Positions 9,028 to 16,860 of a stretch of DNA of 16,860 nt are shown piece by piece. Numbering within the stretch: position 1 is the stretch's first letter; each line of letters starts with the position of its first letter. Source of the stretch: Candidatus Hodarchaeota archaeon (GTDB lineage: Archaea; Asgardarchaeota; Heimdallarchaeia; Hodarchaeales; Hodarchaeaceae). The stretch lies in assembly GCA_016839785.1 (NCBI GenBank), contig JAEOTQ010000147.1:1-16860 (forward strand). The letters are read 5' to 3'. A program made the position numbers and the translations under genes. A model generated the notes under the pieces. That model was not told the origin of the DNA, did not search any database, and saw nothing but the letters and a program-made list of their open reading frames with translations.

Positions 9028-9264
9028 CTTAATGGGATTTCATCATTAATGAAATTTTCCATGGAGTGAATCTTTAGGAGATTTATCTTTCTTACAGATG
9101 GAGCTTAGATTATCTGCTTTGAGAAATTTCACCATCATACTGTATAAGAAGTGATAGACTAGTTCGAATTCTGGAATTAATCCTTCAATTCAAATACTAA
9201 AAGTTTATTCTCATTTTGCTTTTCAATCTGTCATACAAGCAATGGGAAATAGGAGTTCTCTTCA

Positions 9265-10755
9265 GTGAATAATGATTCAATATCGATTACAAAAGAGATG
9301 TACCAGTTATTAGAGGCTGTTAGTAAGCATAAGAGTAAAACTCTTGATGAATTAGCCGAAATCTTACAAATTCCAAGAGCAAAAACTGAATTACTTATGT
9401 TCCAGCTCATGAGAGAAAATTTGGTTTCTCGTCTCACTTCACTGATGACCCTGATTGATTTGACAGAAGAAGGAATGCGAATAGTAGAAGCAGGATTACC
9501 AGAGAACGAATTATTAAAATTTTTACTACGTACTGAAAATGTTGCTCTAACAACTATTGCAGAACTGACAGGTCTTCCCAAACAGGCAGTTAATGCAGCC
9601 ATTGGGCAACTACGAAAAGAAGGAATAATTGCCATTGAGAAAGGACAAGTCTCGCTTGCAAAAACAGTAGAAAGAATAAATGAAAAATTAGAGAGTGCTC
9701 TCCAAACTATCGCGAGGGATCCTTCTACCGAAACTCCAGAGAAGATTCTGAGTCTGCTTCTTCGTAGAAAACTTGTAGAAACGAAAGAACGTCAAAAAAC
9801 GATAGTGGAAATTACTCCCTTGGGATTAGAAGCTCTCCCTAAAATTAATATTGTTCAAACGGTTTCTAAATTAACACCAGATCAAATTCGAACAGGAGAA
9901 TGGCGCTCCTTACAATTAAAGAGTTATAAGATAGCTGCTCAACCAAAACATATTCCTATTGGACGAAAACATCCCTATCTTCTTTTTCTCCATGAAGTAA
10001 AGGAAAAGCTTCTTGGACTTGGATTTTCAGAGATGCGTGGACCAATTGTTGAAACAGAGTTTTGGAATTTTGACGCATTATATGCCGCGCAAGACCATCC
10101 AGCACGTGAACCTACAGATATTTATTCGATCAAAGATCCTTCGCAAGGTAGATTACCTAAAGATAAAAAATTAGTGGAAGCTGTGAAAACCGTCCATGAA
10201 ACAGGTGAACCTGTAGGATCACGAGGATGGCGTTATAAATGGAGCCCTAAGAAAGCTTCTCTCTTATTATTACGACCTCAGGGGACGTCAGTTAGCGCCC
10301 GAACTTTATATAACCTAGATATTCCATCCAAATATTTCTCGATAGCACGATGTTATCGTCCTGATTCAGTAGATGTAACTCATTTATCTGAATTTAACCA
10401 ATTGGAAGGGATTGTATGTGATCCATCTATCACCTTTCGAGACCTTCTTGGAATTTTGAAAACATTTGCAGTGGAAGTCGCTGATGCGACAGAAGTTAAG
10501 TTTAGACCTGATTACTATCCTTTTACTAGTCCTTCTGTGGAACTCAGTGCATTACACCCCGAATTAGGGTACATAGAATTTGGAGGAGCAGGAATTTTCC
10601 GACCAGAGGTCACAGCTCCTTTTGGGATCAAGGATCCGGTAATTGCCTGGGGAATAGGTACTGATAGGTTATACATGGTTAAACGGGGAATCAATGATAT
10701 CCGTGAGTTATTCACCCAAAAATTGGAGTGGTTACGAACAGTACCAGTAATTTGA
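9265..10755 (+). CDS. pheS: Phenylalanine--tRNA ligase alpha subunit, archaeal/eukaryotic long type
   Basis: GRKHP, FWNFDAL..QDHPAR, YRPDSVDVTHLSEFNQLEG, YPFTSPS, EFGGAGIFRPEV, AWGIGTDRL, DIRELF; about 220-aa N-terminal extension. Confidence 0.97.
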   Translation: MNNDSISITKEMYQLLEAVSKHKSKTLDELAEILQIPRAKTELLMFQLMRENLVSRLTSLMTLIDLTEEGMRIVEAGLPENELLKFLLRTENVALTTIAELTGLPKQAVNAAIGQLRKEGIIAIEKGQVSLAKTVERINEKLESALQTIARDPSTETPEKILSLLLRRKLVETKERQKTIVEITPLGLEALPKINIVQTVSKLTPDQIRTGEWRSLQLKSYKIAAQPKHIPIGRKHPYLLFLHEVKEKLLGLGFSEMRGPIVETEFWNFDALYAAQDHPAREPTDIYSIKDPSQGRLPKDKKLVEAVKTVHETGEPVGSRGWRYKWSPKKASLLLLRPQGTSVSARTLYNLDIPSKYFSIARCYRPDSVDVTHLSEFNQLEGIVCDPSITFRDLLGILKTFAVEVADATEVKFRPDYYPFTSPSVELSALHPELGYIEFGGAGIFRPEVTAPFGIKDPVIAWGIGTDRLYMVKRGINDIRELFTQKLEWLRTVPVI

Positions 10756-10767
10756 GGATGTGATAAA

Positions 10768-12480
10768 ATGGTTAGCTATAAAATTTCCTATAATGATGTA
10801 ATATCTCTTCTCAAACTTCCTCATAGAACTACTATTGAAGAACTTGATGACCTCTTCAGTTTTGCCAAATGTGAAATTGAGGAACATGATTTAGCTGATG
10901 ATTTAATTAAAGTTGATTGTAAAACCTCAAACAGACCAGATTGCTGGGGAGTTGAAGGATTAACCCGAGAAATAAAAGGAATAACTGGTGAAAAGTCCGG
11001 CCTTCCAGATATCTCCGCTGAACCCAGCGGGTATGTGATTGAAGTTGACCCAAGGTTAAAATCCGTTAGACCATACATTGGAGCTTCAATAATTCGTGGT
11101 TTATCTTTCTCAGACTTTTTAATTAAACAAATTATGCAATTACAAGAAAAAGTTGATTTTTCTTACGGTCGGAAGCGAAAACGATCTTCAATTGGTATTT
11201 ATAATATACAGATGCTCGAGAGTCCTATTAAGTACGATTTAACACCTCGATCAACCACCTTTGTTCCACTCGGTTATGAAAAGAAACTCACCTTAGACGA
11301 AATTCTTTCTCAACATGAAAAAGGAATTGAATATAAAGATATATTACCCAAGAAGGGTGATCTTCCCATTTTACGTGATCATAGGGGTATGGTTCTCTCA
11401 ATGCCCCCAATTATTAATTCAAATGACGTTGGTAGAGTAACAGAAGAAACAAATGATGTTTTGGTCGAGGTTACTGGTACAAATCTTGAGGTAGTTAACG
11501 CAGTTACTACTATAATCACTCAAGCTCTACGAGATCGAGGTGGGATAGTATATAGCGTTGAGATTCACTATCCACCTGAATATTTAGATACCCCAGAAGT
11601 GCAGATTACACCCAGTACTGAACCGTTTGAAATTACGGTCAATCCAAAAGATATTGAAAAATGCCTGAACTTAAATTTAAAGCCCGAAGATATGGTTAAA
11701 TTACTACAGAAAAGACGATTTGATGTTGTAAAAAAGAAAAACTCATTATTGATCAAATATCCACCATATCGTGTAGATCTTATGCATTGGGTTGATATAG
11801 CCGAAGAAATTGCCATTGCTTATGGTTATATGAATATAGAACCAACTAAATGGAAAGTAATTACATCAGGTAAATTTTCCAGACGAACAATAAGTGAAAA
11901 TCATGTTAGAGAGATTTTGAGTGGTTGTGCTTTGCAAGAAGTTCTTTCTTTCACATTAACAGCACCCGAGAAATTAACGAATAACATGGGTCGTGATCCG
12001 AAGGACTTGAAGAATAATGTGCAGATTGCTAACCCAGTGAGTTTAACTTACTCCGTATTACGTTCACGATTATTACCCAATCTCCTTGACTTTTTATCAC
12101 GAAATACTCACAATGAGTACCCACAATTTATTTTCGAGGTAGGAGAAATTGTTAAAAAGGACAAGAAGAATGTTCTCACCTCGACAAATGCCGCAGTGGT
12201 ACTTACAGATACAGATGTTTCATTTGAAAATGTTCACAGTATAATTGATACCCTAGCGGTTCAACTTGGGATTGAAATTACGCTTGAAGTAACAGAGGAT
12301 TCAGAGTTTCTAGAAGGTCGTACAGCAAACATTATGCTTGAAAATACGCCAATTGGGATAATTGGAGAAGTATCCCCGTCGATTCTTGAAAATTGGCAGA
12401 TTTATATGCCAACTGTTGCTTTTGAAATCGATTTATCATTGATTCCCACATTGGATTTACCACCCCTTAGTACTTCTTAG
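10768..12480 (+). CDS. pheT: Phenylalanine--tRNA ligase beta subunit, archaeal short type
   Basis: NRPDC..EG..R, VRPYI, SMPPIINS, VEVTGT, PPYRVDLMHWVDIAEEIAIAYGY, NP...LRSRLLP, FEVG; 12 bp after pheS. Confidence 0.97.
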   Translation: MVSYKISYNDVISLLKLPHRTTIEELDDLFSFAKCEIEEHDLADDLIKVDCKTSNRPDCWGVEGLTREIKGITGEKSGLPDISAEPSGYVIEVDPRLKSVRPYIGASIIRGLSFSDFLIKQIMQLQEKVDFSYGRKRKRSSIGIYNIQMLESPIKYDLTPRSTTFVPLGYEKKLTLDEILSQHEKGIEYKDILPKKGDLPILRDHRGMVLSMPPIINSNDVGRVTEETNDVLVEVTGTNLEVVNAVTTIITQALRDRGGIVYSVEIHYPPEYLDTPEVQITPSTEPFEITVNPKDIEKCLNLNLKPEDMVKLLQKRRFDVVKKKNSLLIKYPPYRVDLMHWVDIAEEIAIAYGYMNIEPTKWKVITSGKFSRRTISENHVREILSGCALQEVLSFTLTAPEKLTNNMGRDPKDLKNNVQIANPVSLTYSVLRSRLLPNLLDFLSRNTHNEYPQFIFEVGEIVKKDKKNVLTSTNAAVVLTDTDVSFENVHSIIDTLAVQLGIEITLEVTEDSEFLEGRTANIMLENTPIGIIGEVSPSILENWQIYMPTVAFEIDLSLIPTLDLPPLSTS

Positions 12481-12513
12481 GTTATCAACTCTAAAAAAGG
12501 AATATTTATAGTC

Positions 12514-13185
12514 TTGAAACCTCACAATCAGCTATCCAAAGTTGATACAATCATCTTTGATTTTGATGGCACTTTATTCAAAGGAGAAACATTTAGCTTG
12601 CCAATTTTTCAAGAGTGTTTGTCTATCTTAATTGATGAACTCCATTACAATCTAGAATTTCCTTCGGATGAAAAAATCCTGTCACAGTTTGGAAAACATT
12701 CAATGGATATATATCAAACCCTTCTAGATAGGGCCCCTCCCGATGTGATAAATGGATTTGCAGAATGCATAGAAAATGCGGAGGTAAAAACTTTAGAAAA
12801 TGGAGGCGGAGAGCTCTATGAGGGAGTACCTGAGGTTCTTTCGGAACTAAAAAACCGGGGCTATAAATTAGCTCTTTGTACAAATGCACGAGAAGATTAT
12901 TACGAAGCTGTTGTCAAGCGTTTTCAGTTAACCAAATATTTTTCACTAATGTATGCAGCAGGCCAACATAACTGGAAAGACAAAAACTGGATGATTAGTC
13001 AGATAATTAAAAAACTCGAAACAGAACACTTTGCTGTTGTAGGAGATCGACATCACGATATCGAAGCCGCAAAGGTCAACAGGGGATTTTCTGTCGGATG
13101 CGCTTATGGATATGGATTTGGGGAAGTAAAGAAAGCTGATTTTATTATTGATGATTTTCGGGAATTGCGAAAATTATTCATATGA
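12514..13185 (+). CDS. HAD-superfamily hydrolase (phosphoglycolate-phosphatase-like, subfamily IA)
   Basis: IFDFDGTL motif I, CTN motif II, K, VGDRHHDIEAA motif IV, YGYG; 33 bp after pheT, probably co-transcribed. Confidence 0.92.
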   Translation: MKPHNQLSKVDTIIFDFDGTLFKGETFSLPIFQECLSILIDELHYNLEFPSDEKILSQFGKHSMDIYQTLLDRAPPDVINGFAECIENAEVKTLENGGGELYEGVPEVLSELKNRGYKLALCTNAREDYYEAVVKRFQLTKYFSLMYAAGQHNWKDKNWMISQIIKKLETEHFAVVGDRHHDIEAAKVNRGFSVGCAYGYGFGEVKKADFIIDDFRELRKLFI

Positions 13186-13254
13186 GGGTCAGTCCCAGAT
13201 AAAAAATTCCCTGCGATCTATTCACTTATATTTAAAACTCAGGAAAGGTCATCA

Positions 13255-13599
13255 TTAACTAAAGAGTTGCTTCATCGAATTTCTATAGTGTTCAAAGGCC
13301 TTCTTTCCCTTTTCTGTAAGAGAAATGAATGTTTTGGGGGTTTCTTTACCGTTTTTGATCTTTCTAACGAGTTTCTTCTCCAAATGGACATAACCAGCCT
13401 CTTCAAGTTTATCCAGATGGGAAGAAAGCCTACCCCAGGAAAAATCTGTCAAATTCTTGAGATAGGTAAAATCTGTGTGTTCTAAAGCAAATAAATGAGC
13501 TAAAATTTTCAATCGGGAGGGTTCATGAATATTTTTATCTATTCCATCAATCATATCGACGTCGATAGGCGTAGAGCCCTTTTTCCGTTGGTTTGACAT
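13255..13599 (-). CDS. Winged-helix transcriptional regulator (MarR/ArsR-like, HTH_34 type)
   Basis: IHEPSRLKILAHL, DFTYLK, GRLSSHLDKLEEAGYV, LTEKGKKAFEHY. Confidence 0.92.
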   Translation of the reverse strand: MSNQRKKGSTPIDVDMIDGIDKNIHEPSRLKILAHLFALEHTDFTYLKNLTDFSWGRLSSHLDKLEEAGYVHLEKKLVRKIKNGKETPKTFISLTEKGKKAFEHYRNSMKQLFS

Positions 13600-13601
13600 G
13601 A

Positions 13602-14276
13602 TTATCTCTCTAGTTCCTTGTCAACAGGTTCCTCTTCATCAGGAATAAGAGGATAGGTTTGAATAAATCGAATAAAAATGAAAAAACCAATTCCAATGAA
13701 TATAATACCTAAAATTATGAGATAGAGAATAAAACCTTCTCTCTGTCTGGGTAAATCAAGGAAAAAGATGAATATTCCCAAAAGAGTTGACAAAATTCCG
13801 ATTCCATAAAATTGAACTTGGCCAGTTTTTTGAACAAGGTCGATACTGGGTCCAAACATAATTAGACCAAAAGTAATCAGTAGGTATTTCCAAATATTCC
13901 TATAGAGTTCATCTAAGTTTCCTCCTTCTAAGGTAAGGAAAATTGTAAGAGATACCACAACTATCGCGATCATAAATATGAAAATTCTTGGAAGATCTTT
14001 TCTAGGGTTCTCAGTTCTGACCTTAAAATGGCCAATTCTTGGATATGTAAAACGTTTACGGAGGGCTTCTGACACAGTCGGTCGAAAAAGTTCCACCACA
14101 ATTACTATAAGCAATGGCCCTAAAGAAAAACTGAAATGAATAATCCCTGCGGTAACTAATAATATGAGTCCGATGAAAATGACCGCAAAACCATCAACAA
14201 AATCAGTCTGATGAATTCGTTGTGAAATTTTTGTGAAATTGAGTTCTTTGTTATTTTCAGACACATTTCTCACCAT
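13602..14276 (-). CDS. Multi-pass membrane protein in operon with the wHTH regulator
   Basis: About 6 hydrophobic segments, DG and RFTYPRIG motifs, ends IFIRFIQTYP; stop is 2 bp before the regulator ATG. Confidence 0.85.
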   Translation of the reverse strand: MVRNVSENNKELNFTKISQRIHQTDFVDGFAVIFIGLILLVTAGIIHFSFSLGPLLIVIVVELFRPTVSEALRKRFTYPRIGHFKVRTENPRKDLPRIFIFMIAIVVVSLTIFLTLEGGNLDELYRNIWKYLLITFGLIMFGPSIDLVQKTGQVQFYGIGILSTLLGIFIFFLDLPRQREGFILYLIILGIIFIGIGFFIFIRFIQTYPLIPDEEEPVDKELER

Positions 14277-14296
14277 GTAGTTAAGAATAACACCAT

Positions 14297-14355
14297 TTTA
14301 TAAAGCTTTGTAATGCGGAGTACACTTAAATTTGTTCTACTTTGCAATTCAAAAA
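14297..14355 (-). promoter_or_regulatory. TATA box plus two operator-like sites for the membrane protein-wHTH operon
   Basis: TTTATAAA at 14297-14304, about 20 bp from ATG 14276 (leaderless-like); GCTTTGTAATGCGGAGT (14305-14321) and ACTTTGCAATTCAAAAA (14339-14355). Confidence 0.55.
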
Positions 14356-14382
14356 AGATCCGTTTGTAGCTACAACTTAGAC

Positions 14383-14398
14383 GCAAAAACTTTTATTA
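14383..14398 (+). promoter_or_regulatory. Putative BRE + TATA for SCP2 gene
   Basis: GCAAAAAC-TTTTATTA; implies a start site near 14420 and a leader of about 100 nt. Confidence 0.55.
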
Positions 14399-14528
14399 AT
14401 TCTATTTTCACAAATTATTACAATAAGAATCTGGAAGATTACTCATTGAGGATTTTTACCAGACTTTCTTAGCAGAAGAGATAAGATAAGTTATATTTCT
14501 TACAAAACTATTCAAACATGTGATAAAA

Positions 14529-14861
14529 ATGGGTACTGAAAAGATTAAAGAATTTGTTGATGCAATAAACGGTCGGGATGACGTTAAAGCAAAATTAAAG
14601 AACTGGGCAAAGATTGCTGGATACACTGTTGATGGTGAAGATTGTTATGTGCAACATAACGCAGATGGAACCTGTGAATTCTTTGACGGGAAACCAGAAA
14701 AAGCCAACTTTACCATGATTGGTACATCAGAAATCTTCGAAAAGATGTTTACTGGTGAAGAAGATGCCCAAAAAGCCTACTTTGCCAAGAAATATAAAAT
14801 TGAAGGCGATGTCATGGGAACTATGAAGTTAATTCCCATCATCAAAATGATGAAACCATAA
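14529..14861 (+). CDS. SCP2 sterol/lipid-binding domain protein
   Basis: FEKMFTGEEDAQKAYFAKKYKIEGDVMGTMKL matches the SCP2 C-terminal pattern. ATG 14529 preferred, with GTGAT RBS as seen before pheT. Confidence 0.88.
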   Translation: MGTEKIKEFVDAINGRDDVKAKLKNWAKIAGYTVDGEDCYVQHNADGTCEFFDGKPEKANFTMIGTSEIFEKMFTGEEDAQKAYFAKKYKIEGDVMGTMKLIPIIKMMKP

Positions 14862-14885
14862 ATTCAATTAATATTATCTTCGATA

Positions 14886-14918
14886 TCTTTTTCTTTCTTC
14901 CTCTTTTCTTTTTCTTTT
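14886..14918 (+). terminator. Pyrimidine/T-tract terminator
   Basis: 33-nt uninterrupted pyrimidine tract after the SCP2 stop. Confidence 0.65.
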
Positions 14919-15066
14919 ATAAGACTCAATTCTGTCGAAAAAATTCGTTTTTCACACATATTTATGCTAAATTTTCCTTCTAGATTGTGTGAAGTTCATC
15001 ATAAGTAAAAACCTGTGCATTGAATATAAATATATCCGTCCATTATTTCGATTTTAAGGAGAAACC

Positions 15067-15492
15067 ATGACGGTAAGTAATCCATGTGAACATTGCATTG
15101 GAGAAAAAGGAACTGGAGAGGATTGCTGTATTGATGTCTTTATTATACTAAATTCTCAAGAGCTGACTCTGTTTAATGAATTTAATGGTTTTCATCCTGT
15201 TGTAGATCAGGATGGAGCGATTTTTTATACGAAAGAAGGATGTCCTTATCTGAACGAAGACTATCAATGTAGTATTCATGATATAAAACCCTTATACTGT
15301 AAATTTTATCCAATTTTTATCACTGGAGTACCCTATATCGATGATAAATGTCCTGCTCATCTAGATTCAGAGTATGTCCTTAATACTGCTTTAAAAGATG
15401 AAATAAAGTTGTTACAGAGACAAAATCCCATTTATAGAAAAGAATGGCTCTGGGAAGAGGTCGAACAGTTCATTCAAGATAATTTAAAATAA
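15067..15492 (+). CDS. YkgJ-family (CxxCxxCC) Fe-S/Zn cluster protein
   Basis: CEHC-x9-CC, CPYL, CSIHDIKPLYCKFYP, CP; AAGGAG RBS. Confidence 0.88.
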   Translation: MTVSNPCEHCIGEKGTGEDCCIDVFIILNSQELTLFNEFNGFHPVVDQDGAIFYTKEGCPYLNEDYQCSIHDIKPLYCKFYPIFITGVPYIDDKCPAHLDSEYVLNTALKDEIKLLQRQNPIYRKEWLWEEVEQFIQDNLK

Positions 15493-15833
15493 GATTCTCT
15501 GTTTATGTCTGCAAAATGGATTGGATATTGGATTTCGAGAGAATGTGTAGTTGAATTTATTGTCTTCTCCAATAGGATTAATAACTCTTTCGCTAGATCT
15601 GCTTTAAGTTCTTGCGTTCTCCCCGTAAACCATTGTATTTCAAGGTGAATAAAGGCTTTAGGTGTGTTTGAGTTCCCTATAACGAAATTTTGATGACACA
15701 CGCTTCTTGATTTACAATTCTCCGGTTTAATATTAGCAATGAGGTTTAATTTTTCATGAATTTGCAGAAAAAGTTCATTTACCTTTATCTTATTCTTCAG
15801 GTTAGATGAATATTCCAGACGTAGGTGCGGCAA
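15474..15833 (-). CDS. 5-carboxymethyl-2-hydroxymuconate isomerase-like tautomerase
   Basis: (M)PHLRLEYSSNL, KSR, AFIHLEI, GRT..K; starting at the second TTG (15833) gives the catalytic Pro-1; GAGGAG RBS upstream. Confidence 0.85.
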   Translation of the reverse strand: MPHLRLEYSSNLKNKIKVNELFLQIHEKLNLIANIKPENCKSRSVCHQNFVIGNSNTPKAFIHLEIQWFTGRTQELKADLAKELLILLEKTINSTTHSLEIQYPIHFADINRESYFKLS

Positions 15834-16308
15834 GGTCAATTTTCTCCTCTAACATTTATTTATTTCGAGAGAGCTCATTATCGTGTCAATAGCTCAGATA
15901 TGGATAATCTTTCAAAATACTAATACAGCAGGTTAGTTAGTACAGTTATCTGAAAAGCTGATTGGGAATTCTCTGAAGTTCCAGTATAATTTATTTTACG
16001 GCTTAAGCGTACACTTTAGATTCAGATATTACCTATCTGTTCAACAGCAAAATGATAAAAATAGTCAACTATCCCAAATTTCCGTTCATTCAAAGATATA
16101 CCCTAGTATATAATGTAAAATCCTAAATTAAACCATAGAGAAAAAAGGAAATTACCAAATTTATTCAGGTGTAATTAAAATCCATTTTAGTTGACTCTAC
16201 TGACTATTTTTTGATTTTTAGTAACAATTTAATTTTCTACACATTTATTGTCATTTTTAGAGCTAAAGTTTGCTACAACCATTTTAAAATCACTACATTT
16301 TTTATTGA

Positions 16309-16860
16309 CAAAAAACATTCATACATCTGGAATGGGTACAATCATATGAAGACTGTGAGAGTGATGAATTGTCAGTTATTAAAGAATCAAAAGAAATTTA
16401 TGATTGTGAGAAAAATATAAGCAAGCTTGCATTTGTGGTTTTAGAATACCTGGAAACTCACGCAATTCTTAACCAATCCGTTGCAATACTAGATTATGGA
16501 TGTGGAAATGGAGACGTTGCTAAGTTTCTTTCTCAAAAACTGAATTACACTCTATTTACTTGTATAGATATCTCTCAAAAAGTCATAGATTCAGCAAGAA
16601 AAAACTGTGAAAACCTTTTGAATTTCGAATTTTTGTGTGGAGACGTTTCTGAAATTAATCAACCATATGATATAATTCTACTCTCTGGTGTTTATCACTT
16701 TCTGAATAAAAAACAAAGAAGTGCTCTTATTAGCAAAATAAATCGTTTCTTGAACCCAGGTGGACTTCTTTTTCTCTTAACACTTTCAACTGATGATCAA
16801 CAGTACTATGGAAAAGGAAAACCTATTCCAGATGACCCTAATTCTTTTATGTATGATGAA
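16309..16860 (+). CDS. Class I SAM-dependent methyltransferase, partial (runs off window; start uncertain)
   Basis: Not in ORF track. Frame open from 16309 to the end: ...ILDYGCGNG...CIDISQKVIDSARK...GDV...YDII...VYHFL...FLNPGGLLF. Confidence 0.9.

Noticed and set aside
9040-9138. Stop-codon readthrough or selenocysteine extension of the BMP gene (MMVKFLKADNLSS...)
   Set aside because: Three consecutive stops including TAA; the upstream peptide is neither BMP-like nor a signal peptide.
9231-11816. Minus-strand ORFs 9231..9635, 10515..10715, 10821..11078, 11568..11816
   Set aside because: Antisense shadows of pheS/pheT.
12623-13485. ORFs 12623..12889 and 13267..13485
   Set aside because: Antisense to the HAD and wHTH genes.
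14951-14993. 8-bp inverted repeat TTCACACA...TGTGTGAA
   Set aside because: 27-bp spacer without further pairing; plausible by chance.
16033-16185. Hydrophobic-looking minus-strand frame MDFNYT*INLVISFFLYGLI*...
   Set aside because: Several stops in about 50 codons; hydrophobicity is explained by T-richness, so a pseudogene is unsupported.
5911-16279. GCTACAA recurring in three intergenic regions (5911, 14369, 16272)
   Set aside because: Only 7 bp with inconsistent spacing to TATA boxes; insufficient for a regulon.
16211-16420. 69-aa ORF in the track
   Set aside because: No motifs, overlaps the methyltransferase frame, and its 5' half looks like AT-rich promoter DNA.
1-16860. CRISPR arrays, tRNA/rRNA genes, intact transposases
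   Set aside because: By-eye reading found no regularly spaced repeats, cloverleaf or GC-rich RNA segments, or transposase motifs.

Overview
AT-rich, gene-dense archaeal chromosomal segment. The archaeal/eukaryotic-type pheS-pheT, BRE/TATA promoters, oligo-T terminators and an archaeal C-terminal surface anchor show it is archaeal; Asgard (Heimdallarchaeia-like) is my inference, not demonstrated. Gene content is mostly housekeeping or general-function: DMT transporter, YyaL/SSP411 thioredoxin-domain protein, PIG-L deacetylase, orphan beta-class DNA methyltransferase, NTF2-like protein, MTH1187 thiamine-binding protein, a BMP-family solute-binding protein lacking its N-terminus, pheS-pheT-HAD, a wHTH regulator with a membrane partner, SCP2, YkgJ, a CHMI-type tautomerase and a partial SAM methyltransferase absent from the ORF track. 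I see no CRISPR array, rRNA, tRNA or recognisable transposase, and no clear-cut new multi-gene system. Best leads: (1) an unannotated 229-aa tandem-duplicated-domain protein co-oriented with the thiamine-binding gene, (2) a long hairpin-rich 5' leader on the SCP2 gene, (3) paired operator-like sites at the wHTH operon promoter, (4) the truncated surface-anchored BMP gene, (5) a structured intergenic region at 15.85-16.25 kb.
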